DNA from: Trichodesmium erythraeum IMS101
GTDB taxonomy: Bacteria > Cyanobacteriota > Cyanobacteriia > Cyanobacteriales > Microcoleaceae
Length of the DNA stretch: 32,000 bases
Direction: 5' to 3'
Assembly: GCF_000014265.1 (NCBI RefSeq)
Contig: NC_008312.1
Coordinates: forward strand, 3,900,001 to 3,932,000
In this document: positions 11,003 to 19,311 of the stretch, one piece after another
How the letters are laid out: every line of letters starts with the position of its first letter
Position numbering within the stretch: position 1 is the first letter of the stretch
Notes under the pieces: model-generated
Databases searched by the model: none
Seen by the model: only the letters and a program-made list of their open reading frames with translations
Told to the model about the DNA's origin: nothing
Translations under genes and position numbers: made by a program

Positions 11003-12585
11003 TAGTAGTGAGATATAGTATATTTTTAGGTTGACTATTATTACTTGTAATAGATTAATCTACAGTCAAAAATATCTGTTGTCAAAAAAAACATTTTTAT
11101 GATAAAAAAAATTGAGACTAGCAATTGAAGAGTAAATTAGTATGAAAATCAATTAAATTATGATAAAATATTACAAGTGAATTAGAGTATATAAATCATA
11201 ACAATTGAATTAATATTTGGTAAAATAGTTATACTGTTTTTCATGGCCGTTAGTTATTTAAATACTATTTATTAATATTTATATTTTATGTTTATTCAAA
11301 AGGAAATTTCATATAAAATATTTCAATCACCTGTATTCTGGTAACACTTTTTTGATTTGTATTAATGTGTTTATACAGTGATTTCTGCTCGTTATGAGAT
11401 ACATATATTGATAGTTTTAGGGGTTAGGTATTAAGGAATATGACGAGTAGGACACGCAAAAGCAAAAAATATTTATCCTGCCAGTTGTAGGATGTTAGTC
11501 CAGAGTCTGCTGTATATTCTGCCCTTAGTAAGTAGATAGGCGTGTTTCCCGCTTGTAAAAAAATGTAAATTTTCTATCAAATCTACTGTCTAGAGAAGTT
11601 GAGAGTTAACTTTACAAAATCTAATATAGTTAAGCAATTTCTGTGGGTACCTACTGATAAGTACTGACACAAAATTATTTGCCAAGGGCGATATTTACGC
11701 AAGGATTGGATTTAAGCTAATCAATGTGTTTAATTTATGTTGCCCTTTACTTATAGCAGTTCTTATTATCTGTATGTATAAAATATTTGGGGATAAGAAT
11801 TACTGAAGAAATTAAGTAGAAACGTGGAATTAAGCTAAGAGATTCATATTCTTGCCCATCGGGTGGCCTTTTTGTTGTTTTTTTTGAATACACAAAACGA
11901 ATCCTATTAAAATATCGTCACCTGAGCTCAGGAAAATTGTCCAAGTATCCTAGTCAAACGGTACGGTTTGTTTGCCCCTGAGTATTTCAACATTACTTGT
12001 GGATATTATTGGTCATCCTAGGCAGTATGGGGATTTTTAAAGATTAGAAATGATTTTTGTTCACAGCACCTGACGGATAGTTATTCATTGTATATAGGCC
12101 AATATTTGAAACTAGGCAATAAATAATATTGATATCCTTCCCAGGTAGTGCCTTGAACTCGGGGCTAATATTAATTCATGATAAATGGCAGACTTAAGTT
12201 GAAAAATTGTTTTGATTGTGTTAAAGTTGATACTAATATAGTAAAAGTAGTGAAATTTATTGTTGTATGCCTTGACCTAGAGTCTATATATATCCGCTCA
12301 AAATTTCAACTGTAAACTTAAGGCTCAAAATTGAAGATGTAAAAATGTAAGTTCACAGATAGATATTAACTATGGGGAAACAAGAGAGAGAAATGAATAA
12401 AAACAAATATTGTTAAAGTTTGAGACCAAGAATACACAAAAAATCAAAGGTAGTTAACCCAGAGAAAAAACTAGGTAATTGTCAAATGCAAAGATAAACA
12501 ATAAAAATAATATGAAAAAAACATAGAAAAAGTTTTCCCAATGATATATAATAAAGATTTACTACTAGCTAGCTGAAATTGCTCT

Positions 12586-14037
12586 ATGTTTGAAGCTCTT
12601 GCTGACCGCTTAGAAGTGGCCTGGAAAAAACTAAGGGGTCAAGACAAAATAACAGATTCTAATATCCAACAAGCCCTGGGAGAAGTACGTCGAGCCCTGT
12701 TAGAGGCAGACGTCAACTTACAAGTTGTGAAAGGCTTTATAGCGGAAGTCAGCAGTAAGGCAAAAGGAGCAGATGTATTAACAGGAGTAAGACCAGACCA
12801 ACAGTTCATAAAAATCGTCCATGATGAACTAGCGCAGATAATGGGAGAAAGTAATGCTCCCCTAGCGAAAGCCGACCAACCGCCAACTATTGTCCTGATG
12901 GCAGGTTTACAGGGAACAGGAAAAACCACAGCCTCAGCTAAGTTAGCCTTACATTTAAGGAAAGAGAACCGGAGTGCTTTACTGGTAGCTACTGATGTCT
13001 ATAGACCGGCTGCTATTGACCAGTTAGTTACCTTAGGAAAACAGATAGATGTACCCGTATTTGAATTAGGTACAGATATAGACCCTGTAGAAATTGCTCA
13101 GAAAGGGTTGGAAAAGGCCAAGGCAGATGGTATAGATATAGTAATTATAGATACAGCAGGTCGGCTACAGATAGACCAAGATATGATGGCAGAACTTGCT
13201 AGAATTAAAGCAGCAGTTAAGCCTCAAGAAACCTTGCTAGTAGTAGATGCAATGACAGGTCAAGAGGCTGCAACATTGACCCGTACCTTCAATGATCAAA
13301 TTGGGATAACAGGGGCGATCCTAACTAAAATGGACGGAGATACAAGAGGAGGGGCAGCTTTATCAGTCCGTAGAATTTCTGGTCAACCGATAAAATTTAT
13401 AGGGGTGGGAGAAAAAGTAGAAGCCCTACAACCTTTCTACCCAGAAAGGATGGCTTCTAGGATTTTGGGAATGGGAGATGTACTTACCCTGGTAGAAAAG
13501 GCTCAGGAAGAGTTTGACATAGCTGATGCAGAAAAAATGCAGGAAAAAATCCTCTCAGCTAAGTTTGACTTTACTGACTTCCTCAAGCAAACGCGACTGA
13601 TGAAGAATATGGGTTCCTTGGGAGGAATTATGAAATTAATTCCAGGAATGAATAAAATAAGTGATGATAAGTTGCAGCAGGGAGAAACTCAGCTAAAACG
13701 TTGTGAGTCTATGATTAATTCTATGACGCGCCAAGAGCGCCAAAATCCCGAACTTTTAGCGAAATCTCCTTCCCGACGACGACGCATTGCTGGTGGTTCA
13801 GGTTATGCTGAGAAAGATGTGAGTAAACTAGTGAGTGACTTCCAAAGAATGCGATCGCTGATGCAGAAAATGGGCCAAGGCGATCTATCAGGGATGGGGA
13901 TGCCTGGAATGCCTGGTATGGGAATGCCTGGTATGCTAGGAGGTAAAGCACCTCCTGGTTGGCGTAACCAGCAAAGTACGGGTAGCGGTAAAAAGAAAAA
14001 GAAGCAGAAAAAGAAAAAAGGCTTTGGGCAGCTTTAA
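12586..14037 (+). CDS. ffh: signal recognition particle protein Ffh (SRP54)
   Basis: MFEALADRLE start, the GTPase motifs GLQGTGKTT, DTAGRL and TKMDGD, a Met-rich M domain (PGMPGMGMPGM) and a Lys-rich tail. Confidence 0.95.
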   Translation: MFEALADRLEVAWKKLRGQDKITDSNIQQALGEVRRALLEADVNLQVVKGFIAEVSSKAKGADVLTGVRPDQQFIKIVHDELAQIMGESNAPLAKADQPPTIVLMAGLQGTGKTTASAKLALHLRKENRSALLVATDVYRPAAIDQLVTLGKQIDVPVFELGTDIDPVEIAQKGLEKAKADGIDIVIIDTAGRLQIDQDMMAELARIKAAVKPQETLLVVDAMTGQEAATLTRTFNDQIGITGAILTKMDGDTRGGAALSVRRISGQPIKFIGVGEKVEALQPFYPERMASRILGMGDVLTLVEKAQEEFDIADAEKMQEKILSAKFDFTDFLKQTRLMKNMGSLGGIMKLIPGMNKISDDKLQQGETQLKRCESMINSMTRQERQNPELLAKSPSRRRRIAGGSGYAEKDVSKLVSDFQRMRSLMQKMGQGDLSGMGMPGMPGMGMPGMLGGKAPPGWRNQQSTGSGKKKKKQKKKKGFGQL

Positions 14038-14489
14038 AAGAGGAGCAAAAACAAAAGCTGAAGTATCACCCAGATATGCTTAAAACATACATGCTTTTTT
14101 CAAAATTTCTTATGGTAGATGTTCAAGAAGCATTTTATCTAAGCTCTATCCAGTCTAGTGAGGTCTTAAAAAAAATAGGTGGAGTTACTGGGGATTTTTA
14201 AGTATGTCATTAAGTATGAGAATCTTTGATTACTAAATAGGTTTGTCTATAGACTTTGTATGATATGTAAGTATGAGATAGTAACAGATGCGGTTAGCTT
14301 CATCGTTGATGCCTGTGGAGGTCGTGCTGCCGACAGTGACCAAGGGAAGCAGGAAGTAAACATTAAAATATCACTAAATGTGAGGTTTTATATCAGTTTT
14401 ATAAAGCAGTTAGTAAAAAAATCAAAACGCTATCTAGGTTACCATGAGATAATAGCTTATAATTCTAAACAGGAGTACAATTACTCGAA

Positions 14490-14915
14490 ATGATCAAACT
14501 GCGATTAAAGCGATATGGAAAAAAACGGGAAAGTAGCTACCGGATAGTAGCAATGAACAGCGATTCTCGTCGTGATGGCCGTCCATTAGAAGAACTCGGC
14601 TTTTATAATCCTAGAACAGATGAAACAAGATTAGATGTGCCAGGAATTACAAGACGCCTTGAACAAGGTGCCCAGCCAACAGATACAGTGCGTGACATAT
14701 TGAAAAAAGCTAATGTCCTTGAATTATCCAGAACCGGAGTTAACACCCAAGCAAACGTATCAGTTTCCCATGCAGAATCGACCGAAGCCATTACCAATGC
14801 TGAACCGATCCAAGCAACTGCCAATACTGAAAGCAACGAAGTCAGTGACAGTGAGTCAACTGCAACAGCAACAATTAGGGAGTCTGAGGAACAACCGCCA
14901 ATCAGTGAATCCTGA
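14490..14915 (+). CDS. rpsP: 30S ribosomal protein S16 with an acidic Ser/Thr-rich C-terminal extension
   Basis: [43 protein letters not shown] is the S16 signature. The ORF continues ~55 codons beyond the usual S16 length. Confidence 0.9.
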   Translation: MIKLRLKRYGKKRESSYRIVAMNSDSRRDGRPLEELGFYNPRTDETRLDVPGITRRLEQGAQPTDTVRDILKKANVLELSRTGVNTQANVSVSHAESTEAITNAEPIQATANTESNEVSDSESTATATIRESEEQPPISES

Positions 14916-15333
14916 TTATGCTGAAATAGTCAGATCTTTAATTGAGCCATTTCTAGAGTCACCAGAGTCTTTACGAGTGGACTGTGAAGTGAACCCCCGG
15001 CAAGCAAAAGCATGGATTCGTCTGGCTTTTGATGAACCGGAAAAAGGGCGAGTATATGGTCGTGGAGGACGTAATATCCAAGCAATTCGTACTGTATTAG
15101 CAGCAGTAGCTCAAGCAGCAGGTCAATCTGTACATTTGGAAATATACGAAGACCAGTCAGAGATACAACAGTCTTATTCTTCTGAGTATCCAAGTCATCG
15201 AGAAGAGGGAGTATACAACCGAAGGACTATATCAAGTAGTCGCCTATATGACAACAGACACAGACTATCTCGTCATCGTGGTACAACTCCAAGTCCAATT
15301 AGATACAAAAGAGATGGACATGGAATGACATAA
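14905..15333 (+). CDS. KH-domain RNA-binding protein (UPF0109/KhpA-like)
   Basis: The core [48 protein letters not shown] contains a GxxG loop, and the position after rpsP is the conserved one. I place the start at the in-frame GTG at 14905 (MNPDYAEIV...). That overlaps rpsP by 11 nt, of which the last 3 are the rpsP stop codon. The ORF-track ATG at 14713 would overlap rpsP by about 200 nt. Confidence 0.7.
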   Translation: MNPDYAEIVRSLIEPFLESPESLRVDCEVNPRQAKAWIRLAFDEPEKGRVYGRGGRNIQAIRTVLAAVAQAAGQSVHLEIYEDQSEIQQSYSSEYPSHREEGVYNRRTISSSRLYDNRHRLSRHRGTTPSPIRYKRDGHGMT

Positions 15334-15345
15334 AAATCATAACTA

Positions 15346-15393
15346 ATGCCACCATTAATCTTTATAAGGAATAGTGGGGGCATTTTATTTATT
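15346..15393 (+). terminator. putative intrinsic terminator after the rpsP/KH pair
   Basis: 11-bp stem atgccaccatt/aatagtgggggcat-type pairing (one mismatch, one G-U) followed by TTTATTTATT, 12 nt after the KH-protein stop. Confidence 0.5.
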
Positions 15394-15681
15394 AGTATGG
15401 ACTTCCCAAGACTATTCGGGATCAGAAACTTCTGAAAACTGGAGACTAACCCCGAAGCTGGAGGGAGAGAGAGGAAGTGGGGGAGAAGAGAGAAAGATTA
15501 TGGTGGCTAGGGAGGTTAAACTATTTAAGTTCTCTTAAGTGCTCAAAAAAATATATTTTTTCTCATGAAAAAACTTCTTAAACAGATATGTATAACTTGT
15601 ATATTTTTTCAAATTTTTGGTGAAGAAACTAGCTAATTCCTATAATTATAGAATGAGAATGAGACAAAGAAATATGTTGGT

Positions 15682-16635
15682 ATGACAGAGGCACTGAAAA
15701 TAGAATTGCCTAATATTGATAGTGCGATCGCTCTTTCTGGTTATCAGGAAGAAAATATTAAATTTCTGGCAAAGCACACAGGGGCAAATGTCGTACTAAG
15801 GGGACAAGAATTATTAATAACTGGCACTGCAACTCAAATTGAGAGATGCCAGAAGATTATATGTTCTTTAGAAAAACTTTGGAAACATGGTAAAACTATA
15901 ACTGGAGTAGAAATTCTTACTGCTCGCCATGCTATTGAGACAAACCGTCAGGATGACCTGGAAGAACTTCAGCAAGATGTTCTGGCAAAAACTCGTCGTG
16001 GGCTAGAAATTAGGGCTAAAACTTTTCGCCAAAGAAAATATGTACAGGCCATTCGCCGTCACGATATGACTTTTTGTGTGGGCCCGGCAGGAACGGGGAA
16101 AACTTTTTTAGGAGCTATTATAGCAGTCAAAGCACTTTTAGACAATGAATATGAACGCCTAATTTTAACGAGACCTGCGGTGGAAGCCGGAGAAAAATTA
16201 GGGTTTTTACCAGGAGATTTGCAACAAAAAATAAATCCCTATTTGCGACCTTTGTATGATGCTCTTTATGAATTAATTGAACCAGAAAAAGTGAATACTT
16301 TGATGGAAAAGGGAGTTATTGAAGTTGCACCTCTAGCTTATATGAGAGGTCGGACTTTGAATAACTCTTTTGTGATTCTTGATGAAGCTCAAAATACTAC
16401 TCCTGCTCAGATGAAAATGGTATTAACTCGCTTGGGTTTCCGTTCAAAAATGATAGTGACAGGAGATATTACTCAAACAGATTTGCCTCTAACTCAAAGG
16501 TCAGGATTACTTGTTGCGATGAAGATTCTACGGAATGTCGAAGGTATTTCGATTTGTGAACTATCTCAAGGGGATGTGGTAAGACATCCTTTAGTAAAGA
16601 GAATAGTTGCTGCTTATGAAGACTATGAAAAATAA
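15682..16635 (+). CDS. phoH: PhoH-family ATPase (PhoH/YbeZ-like)
   Basis: Walker A GPAGTGKTF, Walker B ILDEAQN, and VTGDITQTDLP, all typical of PhoH-like proteins. Length is 317 aa. Confidence 0.9.
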   Translation: MTEALKIELPNIDSAIALSGYQEENIKFLAKHTGANVVLRGQELLITGTATQIERCQKIICSLEKLWKHGKTITGVEILTARHAIETNRQDDLEELQQDVLAKTRRGLEIRAKTFRQRKYVQAIRRHDMTFCVGPAGTGKTFLGAIIAVKALLDNEYERLILTRPAVEAGEKLGFLPGDLQQKINPYLRPLYDALYELIEPEKVNTLMEKGVIEVAPLAYMRGRTLNNSFVILDEAQNTTPAQMKMVLTRLGFRSKMIVTGDITQTDLPLTQRSGLLVAMKILRNVEGISICELSQGDVVRHPLVKRIVAAYEDYEK

Positions 16636-16658
16636 ATAATAAAAATAAGTATCTACCT

Positions 16659-17072
16659 ATGAATACTAACTTGAAAGATTTTTTAGAAGTTTGTGAACAA
16701 CTTGGAACTTTACGTTTAATTGTGACAAGTAATGCTGCGGTATTGGAAGTTAAGGGAAAAATTCAAAAGTTATTTTATGCTGAACTTCCCAAGGGTAAAT
16801 ATGCTAATATGCATAGTGATATTTTTGAGTTCCATCTGAATATGGATCAGATTAAACGGGTAAAGTTTGAAACTGGGGAAGCCAAACGGGGAAATTTTAC
16901 TACTTATGCAATTCGTTTTTTAGATGGTCAAGGTGAAGTGGCTTTGAGTGCATTTTTGCAGTGGGGAAAACCAGGAGAGTATGAGCCTGGGCAGGTGGAA
17001 GCTTGGCAAGGGTTGAAGGAAAAATATGGTGAGATTTGGGAACCTGTGTCAGTGGAAAGTTTAGAGTCTTGA
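16659..17072 (+). CDS. conserved hypothetical protein, possibly ChuX/HutX-like haem-binding family
   Basis: 137-codon ORF 23 nt after phoH with compact coding-like composition. The family call rests only on recalled resemblance (LRLIV.SNAAVLEV..., EFHLN....I..V.F) and needs an HMM check. Confidence 0.4.
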   Translation: MNTNLKDFLEVCEQLGTLRLIVTSNAAVLEVKGKIQKLFYAELPKGKYANMHSDIFEFHLNMDQIKRVKFETGEAKRGNFTTYAIRFLDGQGEVALSAFLQWGKPGEYEPGQVEAWQGLKEKYGEIWEPVSVESLES

Positions 17073-17150
17073 GTTAGTTTTTTGGCGTTGCATACAATAT
17101 GAGCACTATGATCATCTGCAATGAGGGAGCTTGCATGTAACGTTCCTATA

Positions 17151-17310
17151 TTAGTTGTTAGGTGTTAGTTTGAAAAATTAACAAATTGATAACACCTTAC
17201 TACCAAGTTCATTGATTTTGGCTTTGGTTTTTTATTGATGGCTTTTTATTTTAATCATTTTCTATCTTTGCTATCTACCAAAAAACCTAAAACTACCAAA
17301 TCTACTAATA
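17151..17310. repeat. dispersed ~200-bp repeat, copy A head (split by the IS630 element)
   Basis: It aligns by eye with 28712-28884. Both begin with heptamer repeats, followed by a near-identical core (GTTTGAAAA(A)TTAACAAATTGATAACACCTTACTACCAA) differing only in one A of the A-run, then TTGATTTTGG..TTTTCTATCTTTGCT(A/C)TCTACC..CTACTAAT. Confidence 0.75.
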
Positions 17311-17368
17311 CTAATTTCATAAACTTAAGCTACACTTTTAGAAGTAACCTATTATAGAAAATGTCCCC

Positions 17369-17872
17369 ATGTCAGGAGTAGTAAAAATTGAGATAAATGA
17401 ATCGGTAGAAACTCTCAAAAAACTTTTAAAAAGTGCGAGTACAGCTCAAGAAAAGGAAAGACTTCAAACTATTTACTGGTTGAAAACTCAAACAGTAGAA
17501 ACAGTAAAAGAAATTGCGATAATGTTAGGACGCAATCGAGTCACAGTACAAAAATGGTTAGGGAAATATCGTACAGGTGGACTGAATCTTTTACTAGAAC
17601 CAAAGAAAAATCTAGGAGGGAGGCCAAGTTCAATTCCACCAAATGTAATCGAGAAATTAGAAGCAGAATTGCAAAACCCGGAAGGTTTCCAAAGCTATGG
17701 TGAAATTCAACAGTGGTTAACGACTTGTTTTGACATCGAGCTGTCTTATCGAACAGTTCATCAATTAGTCAGATATAAATTAAAAAGTAAATTAAAAGTT
17801 CCACGTCCAAATCACATAAAACAAAATAAAGAAGCTCAAGAAAACTTTAAAAAAAACTCTCATCTCAACTAG
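17369..17872 (+). CDS. IS630-family transposase, N-terminal HTH part (orfA)
   Basis: 167 codons with helix-turn-helix-like segments (EIAIMLGRNRVTVQKWLGKYR, SYRTVHQLVRYKLK). It ends 14 nt after an A8 run. Confidence 0.8.
   Translation: MSGVVKIEINESVETLKKLLKSASTAQEKERLQTIYWLKTQTVETVKEIAIMLGRNRVTVQKWLGKYRTGGLNLLLEPKKNLGGRPSSIPPNVIEKLEAELQNPEGFQSYGEIQQWLTTCFDIELSYRTVHQLVRYKLKSKLKVPRPNHIKQNKEAQENFKKNSHLN
17849..17856 (+). promoter_or_regulatory. A8 slippery run, candidate programmed -1 ribosomal frameshift site of the IS630 transposase
   Basis: The -1 frame has a TAA at 17848-17850 and opens exactly within the A-run (17851). From there it encodes the DDE domain. Confidence 0.5.
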
Positions 17873-18336
17873 AAGAGAAAATTAAGTTAATTAATAAATA
17901 TTCGGAAAATCAACTGCCAATTCGCTATTGGTGTCAAGACGAGACTAGAATTGGATTAAAAACTATAACAGGTAAAGTCATTACTGCTTGCGGTGTTAAG
18001 CCCATTGGTTTATATCAATGGCTATTTAAATATCTATGGCTTTATGGTTTAGTAGAACCAAAAACAGGAGATTCCTTTTTTTATGAATTTAGTCATCTAG
18101 ATACTCCTTGCTTTGAAAGATTTTTAGAGCTTTTTTCTCAAACATATCCTGAAGAGATTCATATTATTCAACTAGATAACGGGCGAGGGCATCTAGGGAA
18201 TGATTTATCTATCCCTGATCACATCATTTTATTATTTCAACCTCCTTATTGTCCCGAAGTTAATCCCATTGAAAGACTGTGGAAAGAGGTGAAAAAATTC
18301 TTGAAAAATCGAGTTTTCGATTCCTTAGATTTCTGA
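17851..18336 (+). CDS. IS630-family transposase, DDE catalytic part (-1 frame), ended by a premature in-frame TGA
   Basis: The DDE(D)-type motifs WCQDETRIG, IIQLDNGRGH and YCPEVNPIERLWK are present. TGA at 18334-18336 is followed by 34 more sense codons in the same frame (RRILRNILTGFSQKDIASCTGYDFILEALCVVGL) and then a TAG at 18439-18441. Those codons resemble the usual transposase C-terminus. Confidence 0.7.
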   Translation, partial: KKLSSQLEEKIKLINKYSENQLPIRYWCQDETRIGLKTITGKVITACGVKPIGLYQWLFKYLWLYGLVEPKTGDSFFYEFSHLDTPCFERFLELFSQTYPEEIHIIQLDNGRGHLGNDLSIPDHIILLFQPPYCPEVNPIERLWKEVKKFLKNRVFDSLDF

Positions 18337-18449
18337 CGCAGAATCCTGAGAAATATATTAACTGGATTTAGTCAAAAAGATATTGCTTCTTGTACAGGAT
18401 ATGATTTTATTCTTGAAGCATTATGTGTAGTCGGACTTTAGGAAATTGG

Positions 18450-18515
18450 TATAACTATCTTTGCTCTCTACTACTAAACCACTAAATTTACTAAAACTTA
18501 ATATATTTGGGAGTG
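18450..18515. repeat. dispersed repeat, copy A tail (after the IS630 element)
   Basis: TATCTTTGCTCTCTACTACTAAACCAC...GGGAGTG aligns with TATCTTTACTCTCTACCTGAAACCAC...GGGAGTG at 28884-28920. Confidence 0.65.
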
Positions 18516-18664
18516 CTAATGGTCAGTTATTAAGTTAAAATTTTAGAACTCAGCAGTTAGAAAAAAGTTTGCTTGACAATTGAAGCGATCGCTAAGTGAT
18601 AACTGTTGCGCTACGGAATATGAAAAACGCAGTTCCTCGGAAGGAGGTTAACTGATAACTGATT

Positions 18665-19102
18665 TTATGCTTGAGTCCAACCTTGAAAAGCTGCCACTAA
18701 AACATTAGCAATTGGATGATCGAGAGCTTCTTTGAATGCTTCTGTTCCTGCTGATTTTAATACTCCTATTACTCGCTGTTTTAATGTGGGGTGATTTTCA
18801 ACAACTTCAACGGCTTTAGCAACAACTGCCATTTGCCCTGCGGTAGTTTCCGTAGGGTTTGATAGCTCTAATTGTTGAAGAAGCTGTTGAATTTCTGCTG
18901 CGGTTTCAGCTAAAGTTCTTTGTTGAGCTTCATTAATGTTTCCAGCTAGTTTCTCAACCTTGATTTTTCCGTTGTTATAACCTACAGCTATATTAGTGTT
19001 TTGATTTTCAACTTCTCCTTTATTAACACCTATACTAAAAGCACCTTGTTGTTTGATATTGTCACCGTATATACTGGTTTTTTTTGAATTATCGTTTTCC
19101 AT
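18665..19102 (-). CDS. hypothetical protein (145 aa) with a GEVENQNTN module and a helical C-terminal region
   Basis: ORF with coding-like composition. Its N-terminal ~85 residues are paralogous to the C-terminal part of the adjacent 358-aa ORF. The C-terminal part (AETAAEIQQLLQQLE..NPT....HPTLKQRVIGVLKSAGTEAFKEALDHP) resembles regions I recall from many cyanobacterial hypothetical or pentapeptide-repeat proteins. Confidence 0.6.
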   Translation of the reverse strand: MENDNSKKTSIYGDNIKQQGAFSIGVNKGEVENQNTNIAVGYNNGKIKVEKLAGNINEAQQRTLAETAAEIQQLLQQLELSNPTETTAGQMAVVAKAVEVVENHPTLKQRVIGVLKSAGTEAFKEALDHPIANVLVAAFQGWTQA

Positions 19103-19311
19103 AATGCTTGTCTCTAGATATGTACTACTTAATTTTCTACTGATGTTCTCTCAAGTAGAACAGCTATATACGACTTTTATGTTTCTAATTTGTGGATAAA
19201 TTCTACAGAACCTCTCTAAATTGTAGAAGATTTACTGGAAAAAATACTGCCTTGGAGATTCCAATATCAATATTGACAAGTATGCTCATTGTCGTTGGAG
19301 GATCTTAGATA

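Larger units (their letters stand above)
17311..18449 (+). mobile_element. IS630-family insertion sequence (1139 bp) flanked by TA target duplication
   Basis: The terminal inverted repeats CTAATTTCATAAACT (17311-) and ACTTTAGGAAATTGG (-18449) match at 12/15 positions, and each abuts a TA. Deleting the element rejoins repeat copy A so that it matches copy B. It encodes an HTH + DDE transposase. Confidence 0.8.

Noticed and set aside
12639-13951. Minus-strand ORFs 12639-12929 and 13721-13951 inside ffh
   Set aside because: They are antisense shadows of a highly conserved gene.
14260-14493. 77-aa ORF just upstream of rpsP
   Set aside because: It has no recognisable domain or RBS and is more likely the rpsP leader. 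The GC-richer stretch at 14285-14360 could be a structured leader, but I could not define a convincing fold.
14713-14904. ATG at 14713 as the start of the KH-domain protein (206-aa version)
   Set aside because: It would overlap rpsP out of frame by ~200 nt, and the extra N-terminal residues are low-complexity. The in-frame GTG at 14905 gives the canonical N-terminus.
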